Source of the DNA: an uncultured Nitrososphaeraceae archaeon
GTDB lineage: Archaea; Thermoproteota; Nitrososphaeria; Nitrososphaerales; Nitrososphaeraceae
Assembly: GCA_963825865.1 (NCBI GenBank)
Contig: CAWGVG010000046.1
Coordinates: 13,739-77,738, forward strand
DNA length: 64,000 bases
Direction of reading: 5' to 3'
The position numbers were made by a program, and so were the translations under genes. The notes beneath the pieces are model-generated. The model did not search any database, was not told the DNA's origin, and saw only the letters and a program-made list of their open reading frames with translations. Shown here piece by piece: positions 1-11,071 of this stretch; the stretch's first letter is position 1; each line of letters starts with the position of its first letter.

Positions 1-195
1 GAACTATTAACCAATGCTACAGTAGTAGATGATGCTATAAAGTTTGTATCGGATAGGTCAAAAGAGAAGATGAAATCAAGCTACTACGTACCAACAAAGA
101 TGACAAATATGAAAATCGAGCTAGAGAAAAAACAAGAAAAGGAAACTGGAGAAACAGCATCAACTACAGGTACAACTTTGAATCAAGTTTTTTAA
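1..195 (+). CDS. 3' end of a hypothetical protein of a multi-copy Nitrososphaeraceae HTH family (gene starts before the window)
   Basis: Frame 1 reads ELLTNATVVDDAIKFVSDRSKEK...TTLNQVF* (TAA 193-195); family link is from recall of this C-terminal motif. Confidence 0.6.
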   Translation, partial: ELLTNATVVDDAIKFVSDRSKEKMKSSYYVPTKMTNMKIELEKKQEKETGETASTTGTTLNQVF

Positions 196-285
196 AATCT
201 TGTCATTAAAGAAACTTGGTATCGGCGAGCCAGTCCAAGTAGTAACCATTAATATTCAGTCTGGGTTTACTTTTGGCGGTATAAT

Positions 286-1001
286 CTGAAAAAGTTCCTT
301 ATTTTTTTTGATATTTTAGGTTTTGATGCATTACCAAAAAAATTAGCAGAGATAAGCGGTTTTGAAGAAGACTCATTAGAGAAGTATGTTTTTCAAAACC
401 ACTAAAAAAGAAGATTGAAGAAATAAAACAAGAAGGACATAAACTCATCGAAGGGACAGACAGTTATCTAGCCATAGTAGATAACCTTGAATCTGTTTCT
501 AAAATCATAAAAATGGTAACTACACTTAGAATTCCACATAGGGATTGTAAGTTTGTGCCCTTTGAATTAGCAGTAGATGTAAAGGAGATCAAGGAAAAAG
601 AAATAGAAAATATAAACAGGAAAGAGATTATCGAATTTTACAAGAATGACATAGTCAAGTCCTATAAAAAATACTACAAATCAAAACATAACGATAGCAT
701 AAAGCAAACATTTGTAGTTCATACTGATAAGTTTCACAAAGTGTTGGAATTGAAATCAAGACATCTCTTTTCCGAGAAAATCGAATTCAAAGGTAGTATA
801 TTTTTCTTGGCAGATCTAGACATTATGCAAGACATAGAGAGCAGTACACATGATAACAAAATAAATATTAAAAAATTTAAAATCAGTATAACAAAAGAAC
901 CTCTACTGTGGAAACACCTTGAGCTCAAGGCGCTCCTCTTTTCATCTCTAGATAGCAATAATTGGAAAATCCAATTTCTTTATGCCAGAATTCGTCACTG
1001 A
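286..1001 (+). CDS. Frameshifted protein with an N-terminal nucleotidyl-cyclase-like (palm) region
   Basis: 286-405 reads LKKFLIFFDILGFDALP; after a 1-nt shift near 372 it continues ...KLIEGTDSYLAIVD into ORF 513..1001. Confidence 0.4.
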
Positions 1002-1082
1002 TGATCCACTATTTTACCTTGCGTAAATACTCCACACCTGAAGCTAGTTCATGGAGTATATGATATCGATCAATTCAATCAC

Positions 1083-1433
1083 TTGCTTGATCAACTAACA
1101 GCTGGAAAAGAGATTACGTTAGGACAAATATCGGGTTCTTTAGATTTGATACCTAACAGAATAAAATATGATGTTTATGATGGATCTACTTCGTCTAGTA
1201 GAGATTTCGGAATTAATGAACCTTGTCATATGTTATTGAAAGACGGCAATACATCGACTGAACTTGAAGCAGTTGAACGACATTTAAGATATGAACTTCA
1301 ATCTCATAATCCAAGGTATGAGGATTTACAAGATGCTGTTACCAAAGCATTGCGGTTACCATGGTGGAGAGGACGTAGTTCTGTGATAATGTATGCTCCA
1401 TTTGTCGTAATTTGGTGTCCTGAAAACCCATAA
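1083..1433 (+). pseudogene. Hypothetical protein fragment in frame with 513..1001, after two TGA stops
   Basis: Same frame as the upstream ORF; TGATGA at 999-1004, then open to 1433. Confidence 0.35.
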
Positions 1434-1705
1434 TACTTAATTCTGAACAAGGCTTACTAGACTTTACAGCTAACATCTAAAGGTACCTAGTGGATTCTTA
1501 TATTGTACAGTTATATGGTAGGAGAAATAGCGAGTAAGGTTCTCGTGCTTGTACGAATAAAACCCACAAGAATACTTGCAGAAAAAGATATAGACTCCTT
1601 GGGAGTGACGCTTATTATTATCTATAAATTGGAGGAAAGGACTAGCAGACGAAAAGCCGAAAGCATCAATGGTATGACAAATTATGTATGAACAATTATG
1701 TAAGT

Positions 1706-2101
1706 TCAAGAGATATCTTGGGCTGTAAGTTCACTGATAATCTTTAAGATATTTTCAATTATTTTTTCATGGGATTGTTCTTGTTTTTCTATAGAAACCC
1801 GTAATAGATTATCATTGTGTAATGGAAACGATGCAACCTTTATTTTTTCTCTTTCCGAGAAACTATAGATGGTTTTACCAAACTCTTTATCAAAATCTTT
1901 ACGCATTTCACTTCTAAGAGCAGATTCTAAATACAGTTTTGAAGAATCTCCTTTATCTTCCATGGATTTTACACTCTGCCTCATTCCTCCTGCTACGAGT
2001 GTTCCCATATTATTTACTACACCAGCGAAGCGTATATTGGGGTTTAGCGCAAATATGGCATCGCATAGCTTTTGCAATTTGTTGTTATGAGTAGACATCA
2101 C
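1706..2101 (-). CDS. Thaumarchaeal DUF6659-like/roadblock-like protein
   Basis: IRFAGVVNNMGTLVAGGMR...RKDFDKEFGKTIYSFSEREKIKVASFPL pattern. Confidence 0.7.
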   Translation of the reverse strand: MMSTHNNKLQKLCDAIFALNPNIRFAGVVNNMGTLVAGGMRQSVKSMEDKGDSSKLYLESALRSEMRKDFDKEFGKTIYSFSEREKIKVASFPLHNDNLLRVSIEKQEQSHEKIIENILKIISELTAQDIS

Positions 2102-2506
2102 TCAACCGTACGATATCGTCTTTTTGTATTATTAGTCTTGTTATCTAGAAATTGTGGTTTTTTGGTACTGCCAGTAATAGGTAGATATATCGCTCTCTTT
2201 ACCATTGCCAACAAATCGACTAGACTGGACTATGCATATACGTGATAGTAATGATGATAAAAGTGGATGGCAAATAAAAATATATGCAAATAAAGGTAGG
2301 CGAATAACCGCCATAGTAAGACCACAGAGCAATAGTGCCTGTGTTTATGTCCCTGCTGATTTCATCCAAATCCTCATGAGCAACTGACTAGCCATTTATA
2401 TGGAAGAAAATACCTTCCTTGCTGTTTTCACCACTGACGTGAGAACATAGTAAATGATAGGTAGTAGTAGCAGGATATTATTATATGTACAAAGAAGATC
2501 GCATAC

Positions 2507-3274
2507 TTAGATTTGTGCCATACTCCCATCGACGAACAGTTCGATACCGGTGACATAACTGCTGTAATCCGACACGAGGAACGAGACGGCTTTCGCGATT
2601 TCGTCAGGAGCTTCCCATACGCCCCATCGGCACGCTGGCCACGAGGCTCGTCTTTATGTGCTCGATCTGTTCCTCAGTCTGTACCGCGCTATTGAAGATC
2701 GGTGTGTCGATATAACCAGGACTGATTGCGTTGACGCGGATCTTGCGTTGTTTCAGCTCGTCCGTCCAGGTGCGAGCAAATGACCGTACTGCGGCCTTGG
2801 TTGCGCTGTAAACGGTTGATGTTTCGAATCCTTTGGATGCAGCGATCGAAGCATTCAGAATGATCGAACCCCCTCCGCTGTCCTGAAACAGAGGAAGCGC
2901 TTTTTGAACACTGAACAGAAGCCCTTTGACGTTGATCCCTAACGTTTTGTCAAAGTGCGCTTCGGTAATCTCCCCCAATGGGGCGAATTCTCCAACACCG
3001 GCGTTGGCGAACAGGATATCGATGCGGCCTCTGCTCCTTCACCTTGGCATACAACCGGTCAAGATCTGCGAGATTTGAGACGTCGCCCTGAACACCGGTG
3101 ACGTTGTTGTTGTTGTTTTTGCCGATCTGCTTGACTGCTGTATCAAGTTCGCTTTGACGGCGGCCGGTGATAAAAACATAGGCACCCTCGTCGACGAACC
3201 GCTGTGCCGTGGCGAGGCCTATTCCGCTGCCTTCCTCCTGTGATGACTGCTACTTTTCCTTCAAGCTTTTTCAT
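2507..3274 (-). CDS. Short-chain dehydrogenase/reductase (frameshifted, GC-rich)
   Basis: [14 protein letters not shown] start, YSATK catalytic Yxxx[13 protein letters not shown], ends [11 protein letters not shown]; at least 2-3 frameshifts. Confidence 0.85.
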
Positions 3275-3960
3275 GATTTTTACTCTTGCGTTGATAAGAT
3301 TTAAGTTGTAAGAGTTGAGCATCGTCAGTATACAAAAGATAAAATATGTACATACTTTGTAATTCATGCGGAAAAGAGTTTAATGATCTAGTTGAAGGAG
3401 TGAGGTACTCAAGCTCCACTAAGGGAGTTCCATTCTTCTGCTCAGATGATTGTTGCAAAAACTACCTTAATAGAGCCGGTAAAGTAGCTAGTTGAAGTGT
3501 AGAACTAGTAGACAGATATACTTAGATTTAGATGACGTAACAATAGTTATTATTGCTCTTTTTAGCTGTAAAAGTGTTTATTGTCCAGTCGTAAATTACT
3601 TCTACCATTACATTTATCGCAGTATTTCTCTACGACAATAACACCGTCGCCGACATCAAAGAAAGCTTCCCGGGTGGCAATATTACCGCAATATACACAA
3701 AATTTTGGCTTATCTTTATTATTCGTAAATGATGCATTGTTGCATGATTCAGAAAAATCGTTATTGTTAAGTGTTTACAGCATAAACTATGAATGATTTG
3801 GATGCGAAGTAATCACTTTTGGTCTAGGTTTCTGAACATAGTCGACCAATATCAGATTCGTGCAACAAAGCAGTAAATGAGTTTACTGATTTCAAGATTT
3901 TTTGTATAAACTTAACCTCTTACCATCTGTAAACAGAGGTAAGCACACTTGGTACCAAAT

Positions 3961-4065
3961 TCAGCTAGGCTTATTTCTCTTACGTCTCTCATCTTTGGCA
4001 TACTTTTTGCTTCCTGATCGCTGTGCAGTATAAGCATGAGTTTTATTTCCTTTTCGATGAGCCAT
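3961..4065 (-). CDS. Putative 34-aa basic small protein
   Basis: MAHRKGNKTHAYTAQRSGSKKYAKDERRKRNKPS*; TATA-like GATATATT about 25-30 nt upstream. Confidence 0.35.
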   Translation of the reverse strand: MAHRKGNKTHAYTAQRSGSKKYAKDERRKRNKPS

Positions 4066-4502
4066 AGTTACATAAATAAAGTCAGAGAAATATATCCTAT
4101 CCTATCGGATCATCCATTTAGTAGACTCAAGTATAAACATCTTACTAAAAGTCCAAACATCTCAATTCCTGTTGGTATCTATCTTCTCTAACGAATAATT
4201 CTCTTGGTATAAGTTGGTGAAGCGTTGCCATGCGGTCGGATTTTGCTACTTTTTCATGATATCTTTCAACAAATTTGTTATTTCTATCCAGTTCTGCAAG
4301 TAGATCGCCATGAATTGTTTTTCTGCAGTCCTCAAAAAAGAGGGTCTTTTGAACTTACTTCTTCTACTTTCGTTGAAACCTTATACCACTTCTCATAGTA
4401 GTATTTACTATGCTTTTTCATCTACCATTTTGCGCATATGGATCTCTTATACGAATCTTTGCCAATCGTAATAAGACCAGAACCTAGCCAGCGTGTATGC
4501 AA

Positions 4503-5952
4503 ATGAAGATATTAATCCCAGTTCTTGCTTGTTACAGTATCCTTAGCTACGCTTCACATGGCTGATGCTGATTCTTTCCCATAGCCGCAGTTCCATCAGA
4601 TCATCGTCTAAAGGAGTAGTGATATTAAATAATACTACTGCTTCTTTTGCCAGTAATAATAATTACACATGTAAGCCTCCAGTTTTGTACTCCAAACTAG
4701 ATGGTAAAGGAGTAGTGATATTAAGAGGAGCTACTGTAATTGATGGCACTGGTAGTGTACCAAAACCTGATGCAGTAATAATTGTCAATGCCAATAAAAT
4801 AGTTGATGTACTTACTGACGATAGCAAATACCATACACAATGTAAACGTTCTAAACCTTACTGGCAAGTATATCATACCTGGACTTTTTGATATGCATGC
4901 ACATGTAGCAGGTGTACTAAAAAACTCATACAATCAGACTAAATCTGAGGATATGCTCAAAATGCTTTTAGCTAATGGCGTTACCACTATACGAAATCCT
5001 GGTGGACCCACTAAACAGTCAGTAGCGTTGAAGGAAAATGTAACTGCAGATAAGATAAAAGGACCAAGAATATTTACTGCAGGCAGGCTCATTAATGATC
5101 CACAGATACCAATACCATTTGTAGAAAAGCAAGTCAAGACGGAACAGGAGGTTAGACAAGAAGTTCGCCTCCAAGCAGCAAGTGGTGTAGATTATATCAA
5201 GATATATGTTGGCCTTAGCCCTAATTTAGTAAGAGCAGCTATCGATGAGGCGCATCACGATGGAATAAAAGTCATTGGACATTTATATTTGACAAGCTGG
5301 ACTGATGCTGCAAATCTTGGTATTGATGCTCTTACACATGGAGTTCCAGTAAGTCCATATCTGTTACCAAAAGATAAGCAGAGAATATTTATTGAAAATG
5401 GTCTAGGCCCATTCGATCACTTCTTGTGGCTTAGTTTAGTAAACCTAAACAGCAGGCAGCAATAATAATAGTAGTAGCAGTAGTAATACAGAAATTAATG
5501 AAATGATAAAATCTTTAGTAACACACGAAGTTCCAATAGATCCAACCTTGGATATATACGAAGCAATGCTAAAAGATGATACGAATTATCAATACCTCTG
5601 GTCTAAAGTGCTTCGGTTAACCAAAATGATGTATGATAATGGAGTAGAAATTCTTTCAGGAACTGATATCCCAAACTTTGGATTAATTCCAGGAGAAAGT
5701 CTACATCATGAGCTAGAGCTCTTGGTAGAATCAGGTATTAGTCCTTTGGATGTTATTAAGATTGCAACAAGAAATGGAGCAGATGCTCTTGGCATATTAA
5801 ACAAAGTAGGAACTGTAGAGAATGGAAAAGAAGCAGATATGATTGTCCTTGCAGCAAATCCTATTGATAACATTAGCAATACAAAGAAGATTGAAGCTAT
5901 AATAAATGATAGAAAGCTAGTTGACAGAGAAAAAATATTATTGAATAGATGA
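4503..5952 (+). CDS. Amidohydrolase-family protein with N-terminal hydrophobic leader (split by frameshifts/stop)
   Basis: VILRGATVIDGTG, IIPGLFDMHAH metal motif, NGVTTIRNPGG, SGTD, GTVENGKEADMIVL across ORFs 4565, 4803 and 5503. Confidence 0.85.
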
Positions 5953-6012
5953 GATCATATTTCAGGTCTGTTAACTGGTAAGGGATACCTAGTTGATAGA
6001 GACAACAGCCGA

Positions 6013-6899
6013 ATACAAGTCTCTATAAATGGGACCAAACTTGCTGAAATAACAGAGGAGCAATTTCCATTAGAAAAGGATATTCAAAGGCTAACTGAAG
6101 CAAATATGCAGCAAATTTTTGAGCTCGAACTTGTAAGATCTAAATTTGAAATTCATGGTCTAAGAATAGATACTCTTGGCTTTGATAAGGAGTCTGGAGC
6201 ATTTGTTATAATAGAGTACAAGAAAGATAGGAATTTTTCTGTGGTTGATCAAGGTGTAGCTTATCTGAACTTGATGCTTAATAACAAAGCTGATTTTATT
6301 TTAGAATATAATGAAAGATCATCATCATCATTATCCAAAACTCTGAAAAGAGATGATGTTGATTGGTCTCAATAACGAATAATATTCATCATACCTGAGT
6401 TTACGAAATATCAACAATATGCTATAGGATTCAAAGACTTGGGCATACAGCTTTGGGAAGTTCACAAATATAGTGATGGTCTTATTGGATTTCATGAAAT
6501 AAAGCCCATCGATAGACAAGAATCCCTATCTACTATAACCAAAATAAAATCCTATTGCAAAAAAGGTAACTGAGGAAATAAGAGTCTATACTGAAGAAGA
6601 ATCATTTAAATGAAGTTGATGATAACATCAAAGAACTATACTCAGAGTTGAAGTCAGCAATATCCATACTAGGTAATGATATTGAGGTAAGGCCAAAGAA
6701 ACATTATGTTGCCTTCCGTCGCAAACTTAAGCTATATCTTAATATTGAAATAAATCAAATTGATGACCCATTAAAGAAAGCAAGAGATGTAAAGGATATA
6801 GGACATTATTCAAGTGGTAAAACAGAAATAATAATAAAAGATAGAAGTGAAATCCCTTCTGTATTACCTCTTATAAAACAAGCATATGAAAAAAGTTGA
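6013..6899 (+). pseudogene. PD-(D/E)xK nuclease-like (NucS/DUF91-type) plus DUF5655-like domain protein, disrupted
   Basis: RIDTLGFD...FVIIEYK motif; in-frame TAA at 6373-6375 plus frameshifts; C-terminal RDVKDIGHYSSG. Confidence 0.65.
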
Positions 6900-6999
6900 T
6901 TTGCATAACATGCTTGTAACCACTATAACAGTTTGTTAGAAAATAAAGTTTAGACAAAGCCAGGTTACTTGAACCTCATAATTCTTTAGCCGTACTGTT

Positions 7000-7668
7000 T
7001 CAGTTCACTATCATTAATGCTTTGCCATGATGGTCCACTAACTTTTGTTTTTGCTCTTCTGTAAATCTTTTATCAATGTCTTCTTTATGATAAATGCAAA
7101 ATGCTTTTAATTTCATACCATCAAATTTTGATGGCAGGGATAATTCATATTCAACAAGTTTATCTGCTGTTTTATTATGATGGTAATGATAAAATGAACC
7201 TAAATCAGCAATTACAGAAACTCCATTCTTATCTAAACTTTCTGCCTTTTTAACTAATTGCTTGAAAAATGACATTAGCCTATCTTTCCCATTATAATTA
7301 TTATCTGAATCAAAATATGCTTTTACAGAATCCATTATTAAAAGAGAGCCTTCCTTTTCATATTTTTTTACTTCAAGAATGCTATTGCTATTAATGTCAT
7401 TAACAGTACCATCATTAGCCTTACCCTCTGCTATATTGTTGACAAAACCCTCAGACAAAGTCTTTCTAACCTTATTAGCAGTCTCATAATACGGGAGGAT
7501 AAGAACAATTTCATTATTGTCTTCTAACTGGCTTTTGGCGTACGTTGAATAAGTCTCTCTTAATGTTTCTATATTAGGATAGACAAGAATAGAATGAGTG
7601 CCATATTCTGCTTTATTGAGATGGTCTAAAATCTCATTATTAGATCCAATTATTAGATTTTCTTTCAT
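7000..7668 (-). CDS. MEDS (DcmR-like sensory) domain protein
   Basis: GTHSILVYP, GVSVIADLGSF, LVEYELSLP, AFCIYH, HHGKA motifs. Confidence 0.75.
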   Translation of the reverse strand: MKENLIIGSNNEILDHLNKAEYGTHSILVYPNIETLRETYSTYAKSQLEDNNEIVLILPYYETANKVRKTLSEGFVNNIAEGKANDGTVNDINSNSILEVKKYEKEGSLLIMDSVKAYFDSDNNYNGKDRLMSFFKQLVKKAESLDKNGVSVIADLGSFYHYHHNKTADKLVEYELSLPSKFDGMKLKAFCIYHKEDIDKRFTEEQKQKLVDHHGKALMIVN

Positions 7669-7752
7669 TATCTAGATACACAACGTATATGGCTTGATAA
7701 ACAGATGTTATAAGCATTGTAGTGTGCCAATTCACCTATTCTTCTGTTGTAT

Positions 7753-8171
7753 TTAACTAGGATAATTGTTTGCTATTAGACCTTTTAACTTTCTTATAGA
7801 GAATGGTTTTTGAAGAAAGGCGTCTATCTTAATACCTGGTAAAACCTTTGAGAGTTCTATGTTATTAATCTCAAAAGCAGTCATTAGTATAATCTTAACT
7901 TCTGGGTTGATTGCTTTTACTTTTCTCACAAACCCATAACCATTCATACCTGGCATTCTAATATCAGAGATAATTATGCTGAACAAATTTCAAAATTTGA
8001 CTTGAAATATTCTAATGCTACAATTGGATCTGTAAAAGCAGATACTCTGAATCCAAGACCTTGCAGAGATTTTTTAACTATTGTTGCAATGTCAGGTTCG
8101 TCATCAAGTACAAGGATAGATCTATTATTACTATTACTATTATTATTTCCTTGGTTAGTATCTGGTAGCAT
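7753..8171 (-). CDS. Single-domain response regulator (frameshift near 7980)
   Basis: ILVLDDEPD, IISDIRMPGMNG, LMTAF, FLQKPF. Confidence 0.85.
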
Positions 8172-8479
8172 CTTTCTTTTATTCTACCTTCTTTTGCAAA
8201 TAGTGTGAAAAATAATCACAGATAAAAGTATTAGTGATTAAGACTCTTCTTTATGACCTTTTGTAACTTGTAAAACCTGAGATGTCTGATCAGTATTATA
8301 GTAGTTTTAGCAAACAAGTATATCTGGCAGGAAAAGAACACAGTTGTATATGTATTCTTGCTATTATTGTAATACTTATCAAACTGACCTGGAAAAAAGC
8401 TACGAAAGACATGTTATACTAACTCACCCTAAAAGGCCAGCTTATCCTAGCAAGGTAGATTTAGAGAGGCTAGGAATAC

Positions 8480-8704
8480 ATGGACAGGGAAAGAGATGGG
8501 AAATATAGTATATGGTCATATATGAGTATTGAAGAAGCTCCAATTAGATGCAGATTTTGTAAAGACATTATAGAAGTTGACAAAGCAGGAGAACGCTTTA
8601 TCATTACAGCCTTCTCAGGCGGAGTAAAAGAATATGAACATTGGAAATGTTACCAGCAGCAGATGTTTACAAAAGTACTGCAGAATATCTTTGGCTGGTG
8701 CTGA
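8480..8704 (+). CDS. Small Zn-binding hypothetical protein
   Basis: CRFC...HWKC motif. Confidence 0.45.
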   Translation: MDRERDGKYSIWSYMSIEEAPIRCRFCKDIIEVDKAGERFIITAFSGGVKEYEHWKCYQQQMFTKVLQNIFGWC

Positions 8705-8735
8705 TAATTATATCTAACCATGTCATTATCTTTAC

Positions 8736-8832
8736 CAGCTTATTTTTGCTTTATGAAAAAATGGAGCAACAATAGTAATTGATAGTAATTTTATAATACC
8801 TTAAACAATTCTTTATTCTTACAGATGTCTGA
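8736..8832 (+). repeat. About 97-bp promoter/leader block, copy A (copy B at 51475-51570)
   Basis: CAGCTTATTTTTGCTTTATGAAAAA...TTTTATAATACCTT.AACAATTCTTTATTCTTACAGATGTCTGA shared with few mismatches. Confidence 0.85.
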
Positions 8833-9271
8833 AGAAAGAAGAGAAAGAAGAAGAATTACAACAGAATAGATACAAGCAAAAGCAGAAGATCTAGGTGGAG
8901 AAGACGCAAGCCTAATCACAGAATCAAGAAGAAGTGATACCTCTTACAGAGACAAAATATGAATCTCCATCAAAGAAAGTAAGAAAGACTAGGAAATCTA
9001 AGTCAAAGGCTGTGCTCCAAAGAAGGAATCTAATAATAACACTAACTTGATAAGCATGTCAAAACAGCTTGAAAAACAATCAAAACAGCTTGCTAGGATT
9101 GAAAAAGTAATTCAACCATTACAAAACTCATTTAATAAAATAGACAGACAATCAAATACAATAAAACAGCTTTATGGGATAGTAACACAATTACAAAGAC
9201 AAATTCACCATCAAATTCAACAACAACAAAACAACACACTCAAAAAAGAAAGGAAAGGATGGGATTACTAG
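8825..9271 (+). CDS. Charged coiled-coil hypothetical protein (frameshifted)
   Basis: ATG 8825 MSEERRE..., joins ORF 9047..9271 KQLEKQSKQLARIEK. Confidence 0.45.
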
Positions 9272-9752
9272 CCCAAAGAAGTGAGGAATAACAGCAGCAA
9301 TGAGACTCATTCACTATCCTACAATTCGAATTAACATATGACTAAGATGTTCAGAATTATCATGCTGCATTCTTTATAAGTACTTTGGCTCTGTCCTTAA
9401 CTTTATTTAAAACATTGTCATGTGTTGAAATAATGCGTCCTATAATATTGACAGGAGAATAAGGTAAAATCTTGCCAGATTTACTAATAGGTGTAGGGCC
9501 ATAAAACAAGCAGAATGCATTACCTTCGGGCCAAAATGCAACGTCAAATAGATTTACCTCTGATTTTGCATTTTCTTCTTGAGCAACTATTGAAGTCTTA
9601 TCAGTATATAGTTCTTCACCCCATTTATTGATATTTACTTCAATTGGGAGATTCTCTAGTATTGCTTTAACAGTTTTGGGTGATTGTGAGTCATCTAATT
9701 CCACAGATACAGTTTCGTTAAATTCAGGAAATATTATTTTTATGAGTTTTTC

Positions 9753-10752
9753 TGCTCTGTTGCATAATTCATTAGGATTTTAGGTTATGCAAACCGTTAG
9801 CTAGGTGATTCGATTGAACATGTTATACAGAGCTGCCTTTAGGAGGAATCTCTTTTACCATGTGAGGAAACTTTCTAGCTGTTACATGTTCACCAAATGT
9901 TCTTTTAATGGAAGAGAATGCTGTTTCTGCTATCCACCTGTACCCATAGCTCACGCTACGCTTCCATTTTTTGAGGTTTGTCTGTTGTCTTACTACAGAC
10001 ATATTCCTAGCATAACAGTTAGTTGACTTGACCTTGGAATTACTTCTTGTCTTTATACCAGGCTTAATGTGGTTCTTTGATAGGTATCTAAAATTCTTAT
10101 TGCTGTCGTACATACCATCTGCTAATATACCCTTCAGATTATTATTTTCAGAAGCATTGTCTACTAACTTCTTTAGCATCTTACCATCATGTACCTCTTC
10201 ACTTGTTACCTCCAGAGATACAATTCTTTTCTTCTCGATATCAACTGCTATGTGTATCTTTAGATATCCTTTTCTGACATGCCATTTGTGGTGCATCCAT
10301 TCCCCTCGATTAGCTACCTTAATGCCGGTGCTGTCTAAAGCAATGACAATATCATTTCCTAATTTTTCATCGATTTTAATCTCTAGCCTGTTTATACGTC
10401 TATTAATGGTACTATAATGTGGTGTGTTTGATACTTCTTTACTTGCATGAGCTATGACTACACCCTGTGTTTGTCTATATGGTAGATGGAAATATGCTCT
10501 CATGTAACCTAGAAGCTGAATAAATGAATTTGGGTAGCAGTAGGGCTCACCAACCTTACCAAGGTTCATTTGACATAATTCATGATCCCATCCATCAAGT
10601 ACATCAAAATCCAAGAGTACTTGACCACGCCTAACTAGTGATTCATTATAGCAAGGCCAGTCAACCATACCAGAATAATTAATACTAGCAAGCTAAATGG
10701 TGAGTGGTCAAATAAGTATCACTTACAAGATAATTAATCATGCAACAAAGCA
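9753..10752 (-). mobile_element. IS5-family insertion sequence, copy 1
   Basis: Imperfect TIRs TGCT(T/C)TGTTGCAT(G/A)ATT(A/C)ATTA; 8-bp TSD AGTTTTTC at 9745-9752 and 10753-10760. Confidence 0.92.
9823..10668 (-). CDS. IS5-family DDE transposase (C-terminal frameshift relative to copy 2)
   Basis: ALDSTG, LKIHIAVD, LADGMYD, RWIAETAFS. Confidence 0.9.
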   Translation of the reverse strand: MVDWPCYNESLVRRGQVLLDFDVLDGWDHELCQMNLGKVGEPYCYPNSFIQLLGYMRAYFHLPYRQTQGVVIAHASKEVSNTPHYSTINRRINRLEIKIDEKLGNDIVIALDSTGIKVANRGEWMHHKWHVRKGYLKIHIAVDIEKKRIVSLEVTSEEVHDGKMLKKLVDNASENNNLKGILADGMYDSNKNFRYLSKNHIKPGIKTRSNSKVKSTNCYARNMSVVRQQTNLKKWKRSVSYGYRWIAETAFSSIKRTFGEHVTARKFPHMVKEIPPKGSSV

Positions 10753-11005
10753 AGTTTTTCCATAACACATTTTTACTCCTTTTTTATTAGTACAATAATA
10801 TTGTTATTATATCATCTGGAATGAATTATAGTTAATGCAGTCGCTTCCTTAACTTAGAACTAAGGGGAGCAAATTGTTAACTATTATTCGACAAACCTTG
10901 ATTTACATATACATGAAAAATGTTATTAACTGTCTGATTACTAGAAAATAGTATGGACAAGTCGAATTACCTTGAACAGAATAATTTTTTAATATAATAC
11001 TTGAT

Positions 11006-11071
11006 TTTCTTTTACAACTAATTTAAGAAGTCTTTTAATGTTTCTTTTACAACTAATTTAAGAAGTCTTTT
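11006..11071. repeat. 31-bp direct repeat, period 35
   Basis: TTTCTTTTACAACTAATTTAAGAAGTCTTTT at 11006 and 11041. Confidence 0.8.

Larger units (their letters stand above)
9360..10763 (-). pseudogene. Cyclophilin-like (DUF369) protein interrupted at codon 4 by an IS
   Basis: ATG at 10763 (MEK), IS insertion, then LIKIIFPEF...INKWGEELY...DVAFWPEGNAFCLFYGPTP. Confidence 0.8.

Noticed and set aside
4610-4724. 19-bp repeat AAAGGAGTAGTGATATTAA in the amidohydrolase 5' region as a TSD/MITE
   Set aside because: The intervening sequence has no inverted ends; it looks like a local duplication in a low-complexity linker
10028-10417. Antisense ORFs over transposases and other genes (also 11604, 22018, 25953, 33680, 35277, 47097, 47421, 56132)
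   Set aside because: Shadow frames opposite well-supported genes, with no motifs of their own
11006-11071. 31-bp direct repeat as a mini-CRISPR
   Set aside because: Only two copies with a 4-bp gap, no spacer, and no cas genes
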